From an uncultured Erysipelotrichales bacterium (GTDB lineage: Bacteria; Bacillota_I; Bacilli_A; Erysipelotrichales; CAZWEF01), in contig CAZWEF010000004.1 of NCBI GenBank assembly GCA_964632125.1, forward strand, positions 1 to 50,696: a DNA stretch of 50,696 nt. The letters run 5' to 3'. How positions within the stretch are numbered: the stretch's first letter is position 1; each line of letters begins with the position of its first letter. Made by a program: the position numbers and the translations under genes. Positions 1-8,239 of the stretch are shown piece by piece. Under the pieces are notes generated by a model. That model had not been told where the DNA came from. It saw only the letters and a program-made list of their open reading frames with translations, and did no database searches.

Positions 1-55
<55 letters not shown>

Positions 56-62
56 AAAAAAA

Positions 63-138
63 TGGTGGAGGATGACGGGCTCGAACCGCCGACCCTCTGC
101 TTGTAAGGCAGATGCTCTCCCAACTGAGCTAATCCTCC
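63..138 (-). tRNA. tRNA-Val(TAC)
   Basis: Reverse complement GGAGGATTAGCTCAGTTGGGAGAGCATCTGCCT-TAC-AAGCAGAGGGTCGGCGGTTCGAGCCCGTCATCCTCCACCA; 76 nt with encoded CCA. Confidence 0.97.
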
Positions 139-156
139 ATTGCTATTGCAAAAATG

Positions 157-185
157 ATTATAGCATATCTAATTTACGAATTCAA
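157..185 (-). promoter_or_regulatory. sigmaA promoter of the tRNA-Val/tRNA-Thr operon
   Basis: Minus strand TTGAAT-17 bp-TATAAT with TG extended -10. Confidence 0.75.
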
Positions 186-303
186 TATGTTTTTATGAAT
201 TTTTTTAAAAGACATTGAGTCAAAGAGACATGGTTGATAAAAATAATGCAATTATAGGTTCTTTATGATAGAATAAAAGAAGGGAATAGGGAGGAGTTTA
301 TCA

Positions 304-1110
304 ATGGCACATGATGTTACTAGACAACTTCAAATGATTGTAAACGAAAATAAAACAGACGACATACATTTTGTTATTGCAAATATGTTGCTTGACCTCT
401 CTGCAGAGGAAATTGAGCATTTAACCATCAATCGGCTTGCTTCTTTGTGTTTTACATCCATTTCGACCATTAGCCGTTTTAGTCGCTCACTCGGTTTTGA
501 AAGCTATCAAATGCTTAAACGTCAATGTGTTATATCTCGTAAAGGATACCGATCAATGTTTCATGATAGTTTGGAAAACATGAACTTTGATTTTAAAGAA
601 GATCGAGACATATTGGTTAATTATGCGAGTTCAGTTGGTGAAGCAATGATTGAATTTGCTAAAAGCGTAGATTTTAATGAGATTGATCGACTTATTGATA
701 TGATTCATGATCATGAAGATGTCTATTTCTTTGGTGTTCAACTGTCAGCATTTATGATTGAACATTTTCAGTTTATGTTACTTTCACTTGGAAAACAAAT
801 TCGATTTTCTTCAAATGAACTTGCACAAGATCATTTGGTTCACGAAATCAAACCAAAAAGTCTAGCAGTGATTGTGAGTGTGGATGGCAATTTTATTCGT
901 TCTAAGCCTGAAACTACCTTTAATTTAATGAACAGTGATATTACTAAAGTGATTATTACCCAAAATCCAACCATACGTTATCATGATGATTTTGATCAAG
1001 TATTGCTTTTAAGCCATTATCGACGACCTAAAGATGGACGTTATAAGTTGCAACTTATGTTTGAAATATTAGCCAATCGATATTTTTTAAAGTATGGACA
1101 AACCAATTAA
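304..1110 (+). CDS. MurR/RpiR-family transcriptional regulator (HTH plus SIS domain)
   Basis: N-terminal HTH (LTINRLASLCFTSISTISRFSRSLGFESY), C-terminal SIS-like region (VYFFGVQLS); SD GGAGGAG. Confidence 0.85.
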   Translation: MAHDVTRQLQMIVNENKTDDIHFVIANMLLDLSAEEIEHLTINRLASLCFTSISTISRFSRSLGFESYQMLKRQCVISRKGYRSMFHDSLENMNFDFKEDRDILVNYASSVGEAMIEFAKSVDFNEIDRLIDMIHDHEDVYFFGVQLSAFMIEHFQFMLLSLGKQIRFSSNELAQDHLVHEIKPKSLAVIVSVDGNFIRSKPETTFNLMNSDITKVIITQNPTIRYHDDFDQVLLLSHYRRPKDGRYKLQLMFEILANRYFLKYGQTN

Positions 1111-1126
1111 ATAAGTGGTTTAAGGG

Positions 1127-2059
1127 GTGGTGGATGTGAAACAAGCACTTATTGTTTACAACAGTCAAAATAAGAACTCAGAGTTTATAAGAAGGTTGTC
1201 TTCAACCATACATCAATTATGTCTTTTACAATATGATGTCCACTGTTTTGCTTCGACACATGCTTATGCATGTTTTGAAAAAGTAAAAGAAGTTGGACAG
1301 CATTATCAATTATTAGTCGTGTCGGGTGGTGATGGCACGATGAATCAGGTTGTGAATGGCCTCTTTGGTTTAGAAAAGAAACCAGAGATTGCTTATGTGC
1401 CAAGTGGAACAGTCAATGATTTAGGGAGTACGCTTAGACTTTCTAAGTTACCTAAACAAATGATGACATTGATTAAGCATCATCAGTTATTTACAATGGA
1501 TGTTGGTCGCATAAACCAACAATGTTTTAATTATGTGGCCTCATTTGGTTTGTTTACAGCGGCTTCTTATGTCAGTGATGCTAAAGTGAAGTCTGCTATT
1601 GGTTCACTTGCTTATGTGATTGATGGTGTTAGAACGATGTCTCGTGATCTATCAGGACATATGATCAAAGTAACCATTCAAGATACTGGGGAAGTAATTG
1701 AAGGTCGTTTTTTGATGGGTTTGTTTGTTAATTCGACAAGTGTTGCTGGGATAAGAAAAGCATTTAAGGATAATGTTATGGATGATGGCTTATTTGGGAT
1801 GCTACTTGTACCGGTTGTAAATGGTGTTAATCAAATTGCGCCTTTACCTAAAATCCTTTTTGATGGTATTGATGAAAGTATCAACCAAACAAAATACATC
1901 TACCGTACATTTAAATCCATTCAAATAGAAGCAGATGATAAGCTTATTTGGAATATTGATGGTGAGAAGGGACCAAGTGGTTCAGTCTCAATTTCTGTCT
2001 TAGATCATTTTATTGATATTTATTCACCACTTGCAGTAAAGAAGGAGGAAGTCGCATAG
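1127..2059 (+). CDS. Diacylglycerol-kinase-family lipid kinase (YegS/BmrU type); true start probably GTG 1130 or 1136
   Basis: GGDGT and PSGTVND motifs; C-terminal NIDGE. Confidence 0.88.
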   Translation: MVDVKQALIVYNSQNKNSEFIRRLSSTIHQLCLLQYDVHCFASTHAYACFEKVKEVGQHYQLLVVSGGDGTMNQVVNGLFGLEKKPEIAYVPSGTVNDLGSTLRLSKLPKQMMTLIKHHQLFTMDVGRINQQCFNYVASFGLFTAASYVSDAKVKSAIGSLAYVIDGVRTMSRDLSGHMIKVTIQDTGEVIEGRFLMGLFVNSTSVAGIRKAFKDNVMDDGLFGMLLVPVVNGVNQIAPLPKILFDGIDESINQTKYIYRTFKSIQIEADDKLIWNIDGEKGPSGSVSISVLDHFIDIYSPLAVKKEEVA

Positions 2060-4209
2060 AAGTTTTAGCCCCAGTAAAAAATAAAGAATATGGTATATTG
2101 GCGATTAACATAGGCGCAGATGCGCTTTTTTGTTCAGGGCCAGGTTTTTCAGCTCGTGCTTTAGCATCTATCCCTTTAGAGGATTTAGATGAGCTGATTA
2201 AGTATGCACATGCTTACCAAAGAAAAGTGTTTGTCACACTTAATACGATTATTTTTGATCACCAATTAGATGATGTTTTATCCTACATAGATACACTTGT
2301 TTCCATGCATGTTGATGCGTTGATTATTCAAGACTTAGGCTTAATGCATATCTTACATCAACGTTATCCTACTTTATCTTTACATGCATCTACACAAATG
2401 AATGTGGGTAATTCAAGTGCTATTTCATTAATTAAAGCACATGGCGTTGATCGTGTTGTTTTACCACGAGAAACGACACTTAAGGCATTGAAATCAATCA
2501 AGAAAGCTGTAGATATAGAGATTGAGCTATTTGTTCAAGGTGCACTTTGTACGAGTTATTCAGGACAATGTTTTTTTAGTTTTTATCGACAAGATGGTAG
2601 TGGTAATCTAGGGTCATGTGGACAACATTGTCGTAAAAAAATGGGGCTTAATAAAAACCCAAATCAATATGCACTTAGTTTAAAAGATTTGTCTTTACAA
2701 GAAGATGTTTTGACACTAAAAGGATTAGTAGATTCGCTTAAAATTGAAGGCCGTTTAAAAAGCAAAGAATACTTATTTGGTTGTGTACGCTATTATCGCC
2801 AAATAGTTGATCATCAATACTTTGATGAACAAATGCTCGACTTAATGAAAGTATCATTTAATCGTACTTATACAAGAGGATTATTAAAAGGAGAAAATGG
2901 TAAACAACTAAACAATCCAACAAGAATCAATAACCATGGTTTAGAAATAGGTAAAATAGAGAGAGTGGATCAAAGATGGATTTATATACAAGCATCTAAA
3001 CCCATTCGTCGCCTTGATAACCTACGTATTGTTAATGGATCAGATGAAACAGGTTTGATCGTTGAAACGGTGATGAAGAACGGGCAAATAGTTCAAGAAG
3101 CATCAGGTTTAGTTCAAGTTAAAAAGACCAAGCAAGTTCAAGTCGGAGGGGTCGTATTTGTTACCAAAACGCATGATCATTATGGCATAGAATCAATGTC
3201 TAAACCGTTTATTCATCAAGTGCCAATTCATATTGAAGTTGAAGCTTTTGTAGGCCAACCACTTAAAGTAAAACTAAATCATCAATGGTACTTGAGCGAG
3301 TGGATTATTCAACCTGCCAAATCGGCACCAATGACTCGTGATGCCATCATACAACAGTTGCAAAAGACAAAAGACTCAGCCTATCTTTTTATGATTGATA
3401 CGCTAACAATGGATGAACATGTATTCATGGTTAAAAGTCAATTGAATCAATTTAAACGATATTTAATTGAACAAATAAGTAAGCCAATACCAATCAAACC
3501 TCATCAAGTCCATTCACTTGTGATGACAAAGCCATCATTTAAGGGCTATGTTTTTGGTGTTCAAACAATCGATCAAGCCCTTGTTTTAAAACAATATGGC
3601 ATCACGTCTATCTATGCTTTAAATCTTGATTTACTAGATGAATTATCAAACATGTTTGATGTTGTTATACCTGTTTTGCCTCGTGTTGTCAAAGAACATC
3701 AAATAAGCAGTTATGAACAAAAAGTGAGTGCATTTGAAACGGTCATGGTGAGTGATTTAGGTATGCTTAGTGCGTTAAGAGGCAAAAAAGATATCCATGC
3801 TTCATTCTCATTTCATGCGACCAATCGTTATGTTCTTGATTGGCTAAAGGATCAAGGTGTCAGTCGTGTAATTCAATCACTTGAGCATCATGAGGATTTA
3901 AGTGTTGAAGGCATTGAGGTGATGGCATATGTTTATGGACGTATTCCACTTATGATTATGGACTATTGTCCGGTGAACGAAAACAAAGGGGACACATGTG
4001 GTTCTTGTCGTCGATGTCGAGTGAAACAATATCATATGTATGATGAAAAAAACAGAGCGTATCCGTTGATTCACTCAGGAGATGATTTATTGGAGATCTA
4101 TAGTGATAAGCCGATTAAGGCCTTTAATCAAAAAGGAGATTACAAAGTTATTTGGTTTAGTGATGAGGATAAAAGCCAAGTACAGAGTCTATTATCTTTG
4201 CTTGATTAG
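2056..4209 (+). CDS. U32-family protein, RlhA-like (probable Fe-S RNA hydroxylase); start extended from TTG 2098 to ATA 2056
   Basis: EVLAP N-terminus, HASTQ, LCTSYSGQC...SCGQHCR Cys cluster, LKIEGR; length over 700 aa is RlhA-like. Confidence 0.85.
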   Translation: MEVLAPVKNKEYGILAINIGADALFCSGPGFSARALASIPLEDLDELIKYAHAYQRKVFVTLNTIIFDHQLDDVLSYIDTLVSMHVDALIIQDLGLMHILHQRYPTLSLHASTQMNVGNSSAISLIKAHGVDRVVLPRETTLKALKSIKKAVDIEIELFVQGALCTSYSGQCFFSFYRQDGSGNLGSCGQHCRKKMGLNKNPNQYALSLKDLSLQEDVLTLKGLVDSLKIEGRLKSKEYLFGCVRYYRQIVDHQYFDEQMLDLMKVSFNRTYTRGLLKGENGKQLNNPTRINNHGLEIGKIERVDQRWIYIQASKPIRRLDNLRIVNGSDETGLIVETVMKNGQIVQEASGLVQVKKTKQVQVGGVVFVTKTHDHYGIESMSKPFIHQVPIHIEVEAFVGQPLKVKLNHQWYLSEWIIQPAKSAPMTRDAIIQQLQKTKDSAYLFMIDTLTMDEHVFMVKSQLNQFKRYLIEQISKPIPIKPHQVHSLVMTKPSFKGYVFGVQTIDQALVLKQYGITSIYALNLDLLDELSNMFDVVIPVLPRVVKEHQISSYEQKVSAFETVMVSDLGMLSALRGKKDIHASFSFHATNRYVLDWLKDQGVSRVIQSLEHHEDLSVEGIEVMAYVYGRIPLMIMDYCPVNENKGDTCGSCRRCRVKQYHMYDEKNRAYPLIHSGDDLLEIYSDKPIKAFNQKGDYKVIWFSDEDKSQVQSLLSLLD

Positions 4210-4210
4210 A

Positions 4211-4239
4211 TTGCATTTCTGTTCATTGTGTTATATACT
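4211..4239 (+). promoter_or_regulatory. sigmaA promoter of the small ORF at 4275
   Basis: TTGCAT-17 bp-TATACT. Confidence 0.65.
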
Positions 4240-4274
4240 ATAAGTAACATCACATGAACGGAGGCTTGAATCAC

Positions 4275-4400
4275 ATGACAAAGAAACATTGGATTTTAAC
4301 AGCATTTATTTTAGGTGCAACCATTGCAGTTGTTGGTGGCGTTGTTGCAGCTAAAAAAGTGGGTATGATTTGTAGTGAAGATGAAGTGTGTGAAAACTAG
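4275..4400 (+). CDS. 41-aa single-helix membrane microprotein (not in the ORF track)
   Basis: MTKKHWILTAFILGATIAVVGGVVAAKKVGMICSEDEVCEN; SD GGAGG 4260-4264, own promoter and terminator. Confidence 0.75.
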   Translation: MTKKHWILTAFILGATIAVVGGVVAAKKVGMICSEDEVCEN

Positions 4401-4417
4401 GCCTTTGGCCTTTTTTT
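4399..4417 (+). terminator. Intrinsic terminator after the microprotein, possibly shared with typA
   Basis: AGGCC-TTT-GGCCT followed by a T run. Confidence 0.65.
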
Positions 4418-4439
4418 AATAAAAAAGAGTAGATATAAT

Positions 4440-6257
4440 CTACTCAGTTGTAACTTTATATTGTCGTTTACGTTCATTTTCTTTTAAGAACTTTTTACGA
4501 ATACGAATGTTTTGAGGCGTGACTTCAACGAGTTCATCATCTGCGATGTAATCGAGACTTAGCTCTAGAGTCATGTCTCTATTTTTCTTTAATACAATGG
4601 TACTGTCTTTAGAGGCAGAACGCATATTGGTCATTTGTTTGTTTCTTACAACATTAACTGTTAAGTCATTTTCACGGTTATTTTCGCCAACAATCATACC
4701 TTCATAAACTTCAGTTCCTGGTGATACAAAGAGGATTCCGCGGTCTTCTAATTGACCAATACCATACATGGTCGCTTTACCGTTTTCCATTGAAATGAGT
4801 GCACCACGGTTACGTTTTCCAAGTTCATCTTTTGTGTAAGGGCGATAATCTAAGAAAGTATGTGAAATCATCCCGTATCCTTTTGTTTGCGTCATGAAAT
4901 CACTCATAAAGCCAATTAAACCACGAGAAGGGATGGTATAATGAACACGCACTTGATTGTTTACAGTAATCATATCTTCCATAATACCTTTACGAACACC
5001 AAGTTGTTCAATAACTGATCCAATCGTATCTTCAGGCGCGTCAATTTGAACAGATTCATAAGGTTCACAAACAACACCCTCAATTGTTTTCAAGATAACT
5101 TGAGGTTTAGATACTTGAAGCTCAAATCCAGCACGTCTCATGTTTTCAATCAAAATTGAAAGATGAAGTTCACCACGTCCAGATACAATCCAAGATTCAC
5201 TATTATCAACACGTTCAACAAGTAAGCTAACATCTTTTTGAGTTTCTTTAAATAAGTAATCTTCAATTTGTCTTGCAGTAACAAATTTACCTTCTTGACC
5301 AGATAAAGGACTTGTATTTGTGCCAAAAGTCATTTTAAGAGTTGGTTCATCAATATGAATATGAGGCAATGGATTTTCAAACCCAGGCTCACAAACAGTT
5401 TCACCAACACTGATGTCACTTAAACCAGATAAAGCAATGATTTGACCTGCAGAGGCAGTTTCAAGTTCAACTTTATGTAAACCAAAGAAACCAAAAATCT
5501 TTTGTACACGGAAACTTTTAGTTGAACCATCAAGTCTTACACAACTCACCATTTGATTGACACTGACACTACCTTCGCGAATAAGGCCAATGCCAATACG
5601 GCCTACATAGTCGTTGTAATCCAGCAAAGCTGGTTGAAATCTTAAATGCCCATCAACAACTACTTTTGGACTTGGAATGGTACTTATAATGGTTTCAAAC
5701 ACAGCATTCATACTCTCTTCTTGTGTGTTCACATCCATATCGATACTTGATGTTCCTTTAAGTCCTGAAGCATAAACAACTTGGAAATCTAATTGTTCAT
5801 CTGTCGCATCAAGTTCCACAAATAAATCAAACACTTCATCAAGTACTTCAATGATACGGGCATTAGGGCGATCCACTTTGTTGATCACAACAATGGGTTT
5901 AACGTTTGCTTCCAATGCTTTTTTTAGTACGAAGCGGGTTTGTGGCATGGTGCCTTCATAAGCGTCAACAACAAGTAAGACACCATCAACCATATTCATA
6001 ATTCTTTCTACTTCTCCACCAAAATCAGCATGTCCTGGTGTATCAAGAATATTAATACGATAGTCTTTATAATCGATGGCAGTCGTTTTAGCTAAAATGG
6101 TAATACCACGTTCTTTTTCAATGTCATTATTATCCATAACTCTTTGTTCAACCATCTCATTGTTTCTAAACAAACCAGATTGTCTTAATAATTGATCCAC
6201 GAGTGTTGTTTTTCCGTGGTCAACGTGTGCAATAATTGCAATATTTCTAATATTCAT
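4440..6257 (-). CDS. typA: Translational GTPase TypA/BipA
   Basis: [35 protein letters not shown]. Confidence 0.98.
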   Translation of the reverse strand: MNIRNIAIIAHVDHGKTTLVDQLLRQSGLFRNNEMVEQRVMDNNDIEKERGITILAKTTAIDYKDYRINILDTPGHADFGGEVERIMNMVDGVLLVVDAYEGTMPQTRFVLKKALEANVKPIVVINKVDRPNARIIEVLDEVFDLFVELDATDEQLDFQVVYASGLKGTSSIDMDVNTQEESMNAVFETIISTIPSPKVVVDGHLRFQPALLDYNDYVGRIGIGLIREGSVSVNQMVSCVRLDGSTKSFRVQKIFGFFGLHKVELETASAGQIIALSGLSDISVGETVCEPGFENPLPHIHIDEPTLKMTFGTNTSPLSGQEGKFVTARQIEDYLFKETQKDVSLLVERVDNSESWIVSGRGELHLSILIENMRRAGFELQVSKPQVILKTIEGVVCEPYESVQIDAPEDTIGSVIEQLGVRKGIMEDMITVNNQVRVHYTIPSRGLIGFMSDFMTQTKGYGMISHTFLDYRPYTKDELGKRNRGALISMENGKATMYGIGQLEDRGILFVSPGTEVYEGMIVGENNRENDLTVNVVRNKQMTNMRSASKDSTIVLKKNRDMTLELSLDYIADDELVEVTPQNIRIRKKFLKENERKRQYKVTTE

Positions 6258-6439
6258 TTTCTTTCATCTCCAAACTCAACTTGATTATTATAACATAAAT
6301 TCATATTTAAATAGCCAAAGATAACTAAAAAAACGATTTTTTTTAAAGTAAGCAATTACATTTTAATTAAAATAAAACATATAAAGCAAATAGATTGAAA
6401 AATACTGAGCAATTGATAGAATAATAGCGGAGGGATGTT

Positions 6440-6643
6440 ATGAAAGTATGTCGCTGTAATGATGTGAAAGAGAAAGAAGTTATAAAGTGCATTGAAAAAG
6501 GCGCAACATCTTTAACTGAAATCATGCTTGCAACAGGTGCTATGAAGATGGGAAAAGATGGAAAAGTGGATAAGGATCGTTCATGTTGCCGCAAAAAAAT
6601 CAAAAAATTGATAGAAGCTTATGGAAAACCAATTGAATCATAA
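6440..6643 (+). CDS. Small BFD-like (2Fe-2S)-binding protein
   Basis: VCRCNDV...IEKGATSLTEI..ATGA...SCC; SD GGAGGG; promoter TTGAAA-16 bp-TAGAAT at 6395-6422. Confidence 0.75.
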   Translation: MKVCRCNDVKEKEVIKCIEKGATSLTEIMLATGAMKMGKDGKVDKDRSCCRKKIKKLIEAYGKPIES

Positions 6644-6702
6644 TGATGATACCGTTGTTTATTAAAACTTAAAAAAAAGAATAAAAAAGTTTAAAAAAGT
6701 AC

Positions 6703-6732
6703 TTGCCAATTAAGCCTGGGATATGGTATTAT
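6703..6732 (+). promoter_or_regulatory. Stable-RNA promoter for tRNA-Asn/tRNA-Glu
   Basis: TTGCCA-18 bp-TATTAT with TG extension and upstream A tracts (UP-like). Confidence 0.7.
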
Positions 6733-6751
6733 GTATTGGCAACGTAATAAT

Positions 6752-6827
6752 GCTTGAATAGCTCAGTTGGTAGAGCAATCGGCTGTTAACCGATCGGTCG
6801 TAGGTTCGAGTCCTACTTCAAGCGCCA
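6752..6827 (+). tRNA. tRNA-Asn(GTT)
   Basis: Acceptor GCTTGAA/TTCAAGC, anticodon arm ATCGG-CT-GTT-AA-CCGAT, TTCGA loop, CCA. Confidence 0.97.
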
Positions 6828-6829
6828 TT

Positions 6830-6906
6830 GGCTCGTTGGTGAAGTGGCTTAACACAGCGCCCTTTCACGGCGTCATTCACGGGTTCGAATCCCGTACGAG
6901 TCACCA
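6830..6906 (+). tRNA. tRNA-Glu(TTC)
   Basis: Acceptor GGCTCGT/ACGAGTC, anticodon arm GCGCC-CT-TTC-AC-GGCGT, TTCGAAT, CCA. Confidence 0.97.
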
Positions 6907-6910
6907 TTTA

Positions 6911-6937
6911 AAAGACACATCGAAAGATGTTTTTTTT
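6911..6937 (+). terminator. Terminator after the tRNA pair
   Basis: ACATC-GAAA-GATGT plus T run. Confidence 0.75.
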
Positions 6938-6938
6938 A

Positions 6939-6967
6939 TTGCTTTTTTAAGAATGAAGTGCTATTAT
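6939..6967 (+). promoter_or_regulatory. sigmaA promoter of the riboswitch/antiporter operon
   Basis: TTGCTT-17 bp-TATTAT with TG extended -10. Confidence 0.7.
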
Positions 6968-6972
6968 TTCTA

Positions 6973-7026
6973 TAGGAAATGATGTCTTCCTTGTACAACT
7001 AAACCGCGATAGCTGATGACGTCTAC
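6973..7026 (+). ncRNA. Fluoride riboswitch (crcB motif)
   Basis: P1 AGGAA/TTCCT enclosing ATGATGTC; AAACCGC-GATA-GCTGATGAC; pseudoknot GATGTC/GACGTC; 3' CTAC. Confidence 0.9.
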
Positions 7027-7051
7027 TTTTTTAAGTAGGTCATCTTTTTTT
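7015..7051 (+). terminator. Riboswitch expression-platform terminator
   Basis: GATGAC-(GT)-CTACTT / AAGTAG-GTCATC followed by T7; the 5' arm is the aptamer's 3' pseudoknot strand. Confidence 0.85.
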
Positions 7052-7059
7052 ATGGAGGT

Positions 7060-8238
7060 ATGATGATGATATATGATTTGGGAAAGGTATTGGTATTAGG
7101 TGTTGTGGTTGGTTGGTTATTTTCTAAGGTTAAGCTACCAAGTTTACTTGGTATGTTAATTGTTGGTATGATGATTGGACCTTATGGATTTGGGCTTCTA
7201 AATGGTGCTTTATTGGATATTTCAGCAGAGTTAAGACAAGTTGCACTCATTGTCATTTTGACGCGTGCTGGTCTAGGGATGGATGTTCAAAAAATCAAAA
7301 AACTTGGTTTAGCAGCCTTACTTATGTGCTTTTTGCCAGCAGTTTTTGAAATTGTTGCGGTTACTATTTTATCTAGTTTATTGTTTCATTTCTCAATTAT
7401 AGATGGTATGATTTTAGGGAGTATTCTAAGTGCAGTATCGCCAGCTATTATTGTTCCTAGGATGCTTCATCTAAAGGAGCAACCAAATATTAATCAAGAC
7501 ATTGTTCAACTTGTTTTAACAGGTGCATCGCTCGATGATGTGTTTGTACTAGTCGTGTTTAGTAGTCTAGTTTCAATTCGGCTGACAGGTCAGTTTGATG
7601 TCAGTCAGCTAAGTGTTGTACCAATTTCAATCATGACTGGTATCGTCATTGGTGCTCTTTTTGGGAAACTACTTTCAATTGTGTCAAAAGTAGGTGCATT
7701 GAAGGTTCAAACGATGATTGTTTTACTATTTGGTATGAGTTTGTTCTTGTTAGGTGTTGAAAAACAATTGCCATTTGCATTTTCAGCCATGGTTGCCATC
7801 ATTGTACAAAGTTTAGTCCTTGTGATGCAATCACCTCATTTACAAAGCCCACTTGACAAGGCCTATCAAACGTTTTGGCAAGGTGCAGAAGTATGGTTGT
7901 TTGTACTGGTAGGTTGTTTACTCGATTTTCGTCTCATTTTAACTTATGGACTTCTAGCGGCAGCGCTTGTTTTGGGTGCACTCTTGATTCGTATGGTTGG
8001 TGTTTTTGTTAGCTTAATGCCAACTTCTTTTACGCCAAAACATAAGATTTATACCATGATGTCTTATATACCAAAAGCAACTGTTCAGGCCGCAATTGGA
8101 GCCATTCCACTATCATTAGGCTTTCAAACAGGTCAATTGATGTTGGTCTTATCTGTTTTAGCTATTTTGATTTCAGCACCATTAGGGGCATGGATAATGG
8201 ATCATTTTTCTTATTTAGCTATTAATAAGGAGGTATAG
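7060..8238 (+). CDS. Cation:proton antiporter, NHA/SLC9B-like
   Basis: Highly hydrophobic; ILTRAGL, AVSPAIIVP, GASLDD di-Asp, FVLVG, PKATVQAAIG motifs. Confidence 0.88.
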   Translation: MMMIYDLGKVLVLGVVVGWLFSKVKLPSLLGMLIVGMMIGPYGFGLLNGALLDISAELRQVALIVILTRAGLGMDVQKIKKLGLAALLMCFLPAVFEIVAVTILSSLLFHFSIIDGMILGSILSAVSPAIIVPRMLHLKEQPNINQDIVQLVLTGASLDDVFVLVVFSSLVSIRLTGQFDVSQLSVVPISIMTGIVIGALFGKLLSIVSKVGALKVQTMIVLLFGMSLFLLGVEKQLPFAFSAMVAIIVQSLVLVMQSPHLQSPLDKAYQTFWQGAEVWLFVLVGCLLDFRLILTYGLLAAALVLGALLIRMVGVFVSLMPTSFTPKHKIYTMMSYIPKATVQAAIGAIPLSLGFQTGQLMLVLSVLAILISAPLGAWIMDHFSYLAINKEV

Positions 8239-8239
8239 T

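Noticed and set aside
6767-6982. 71-aa ORF in the track
   Set aside because: It is a reading through tRNA-Asn, tRNA-Glu and the riboswitch promoter
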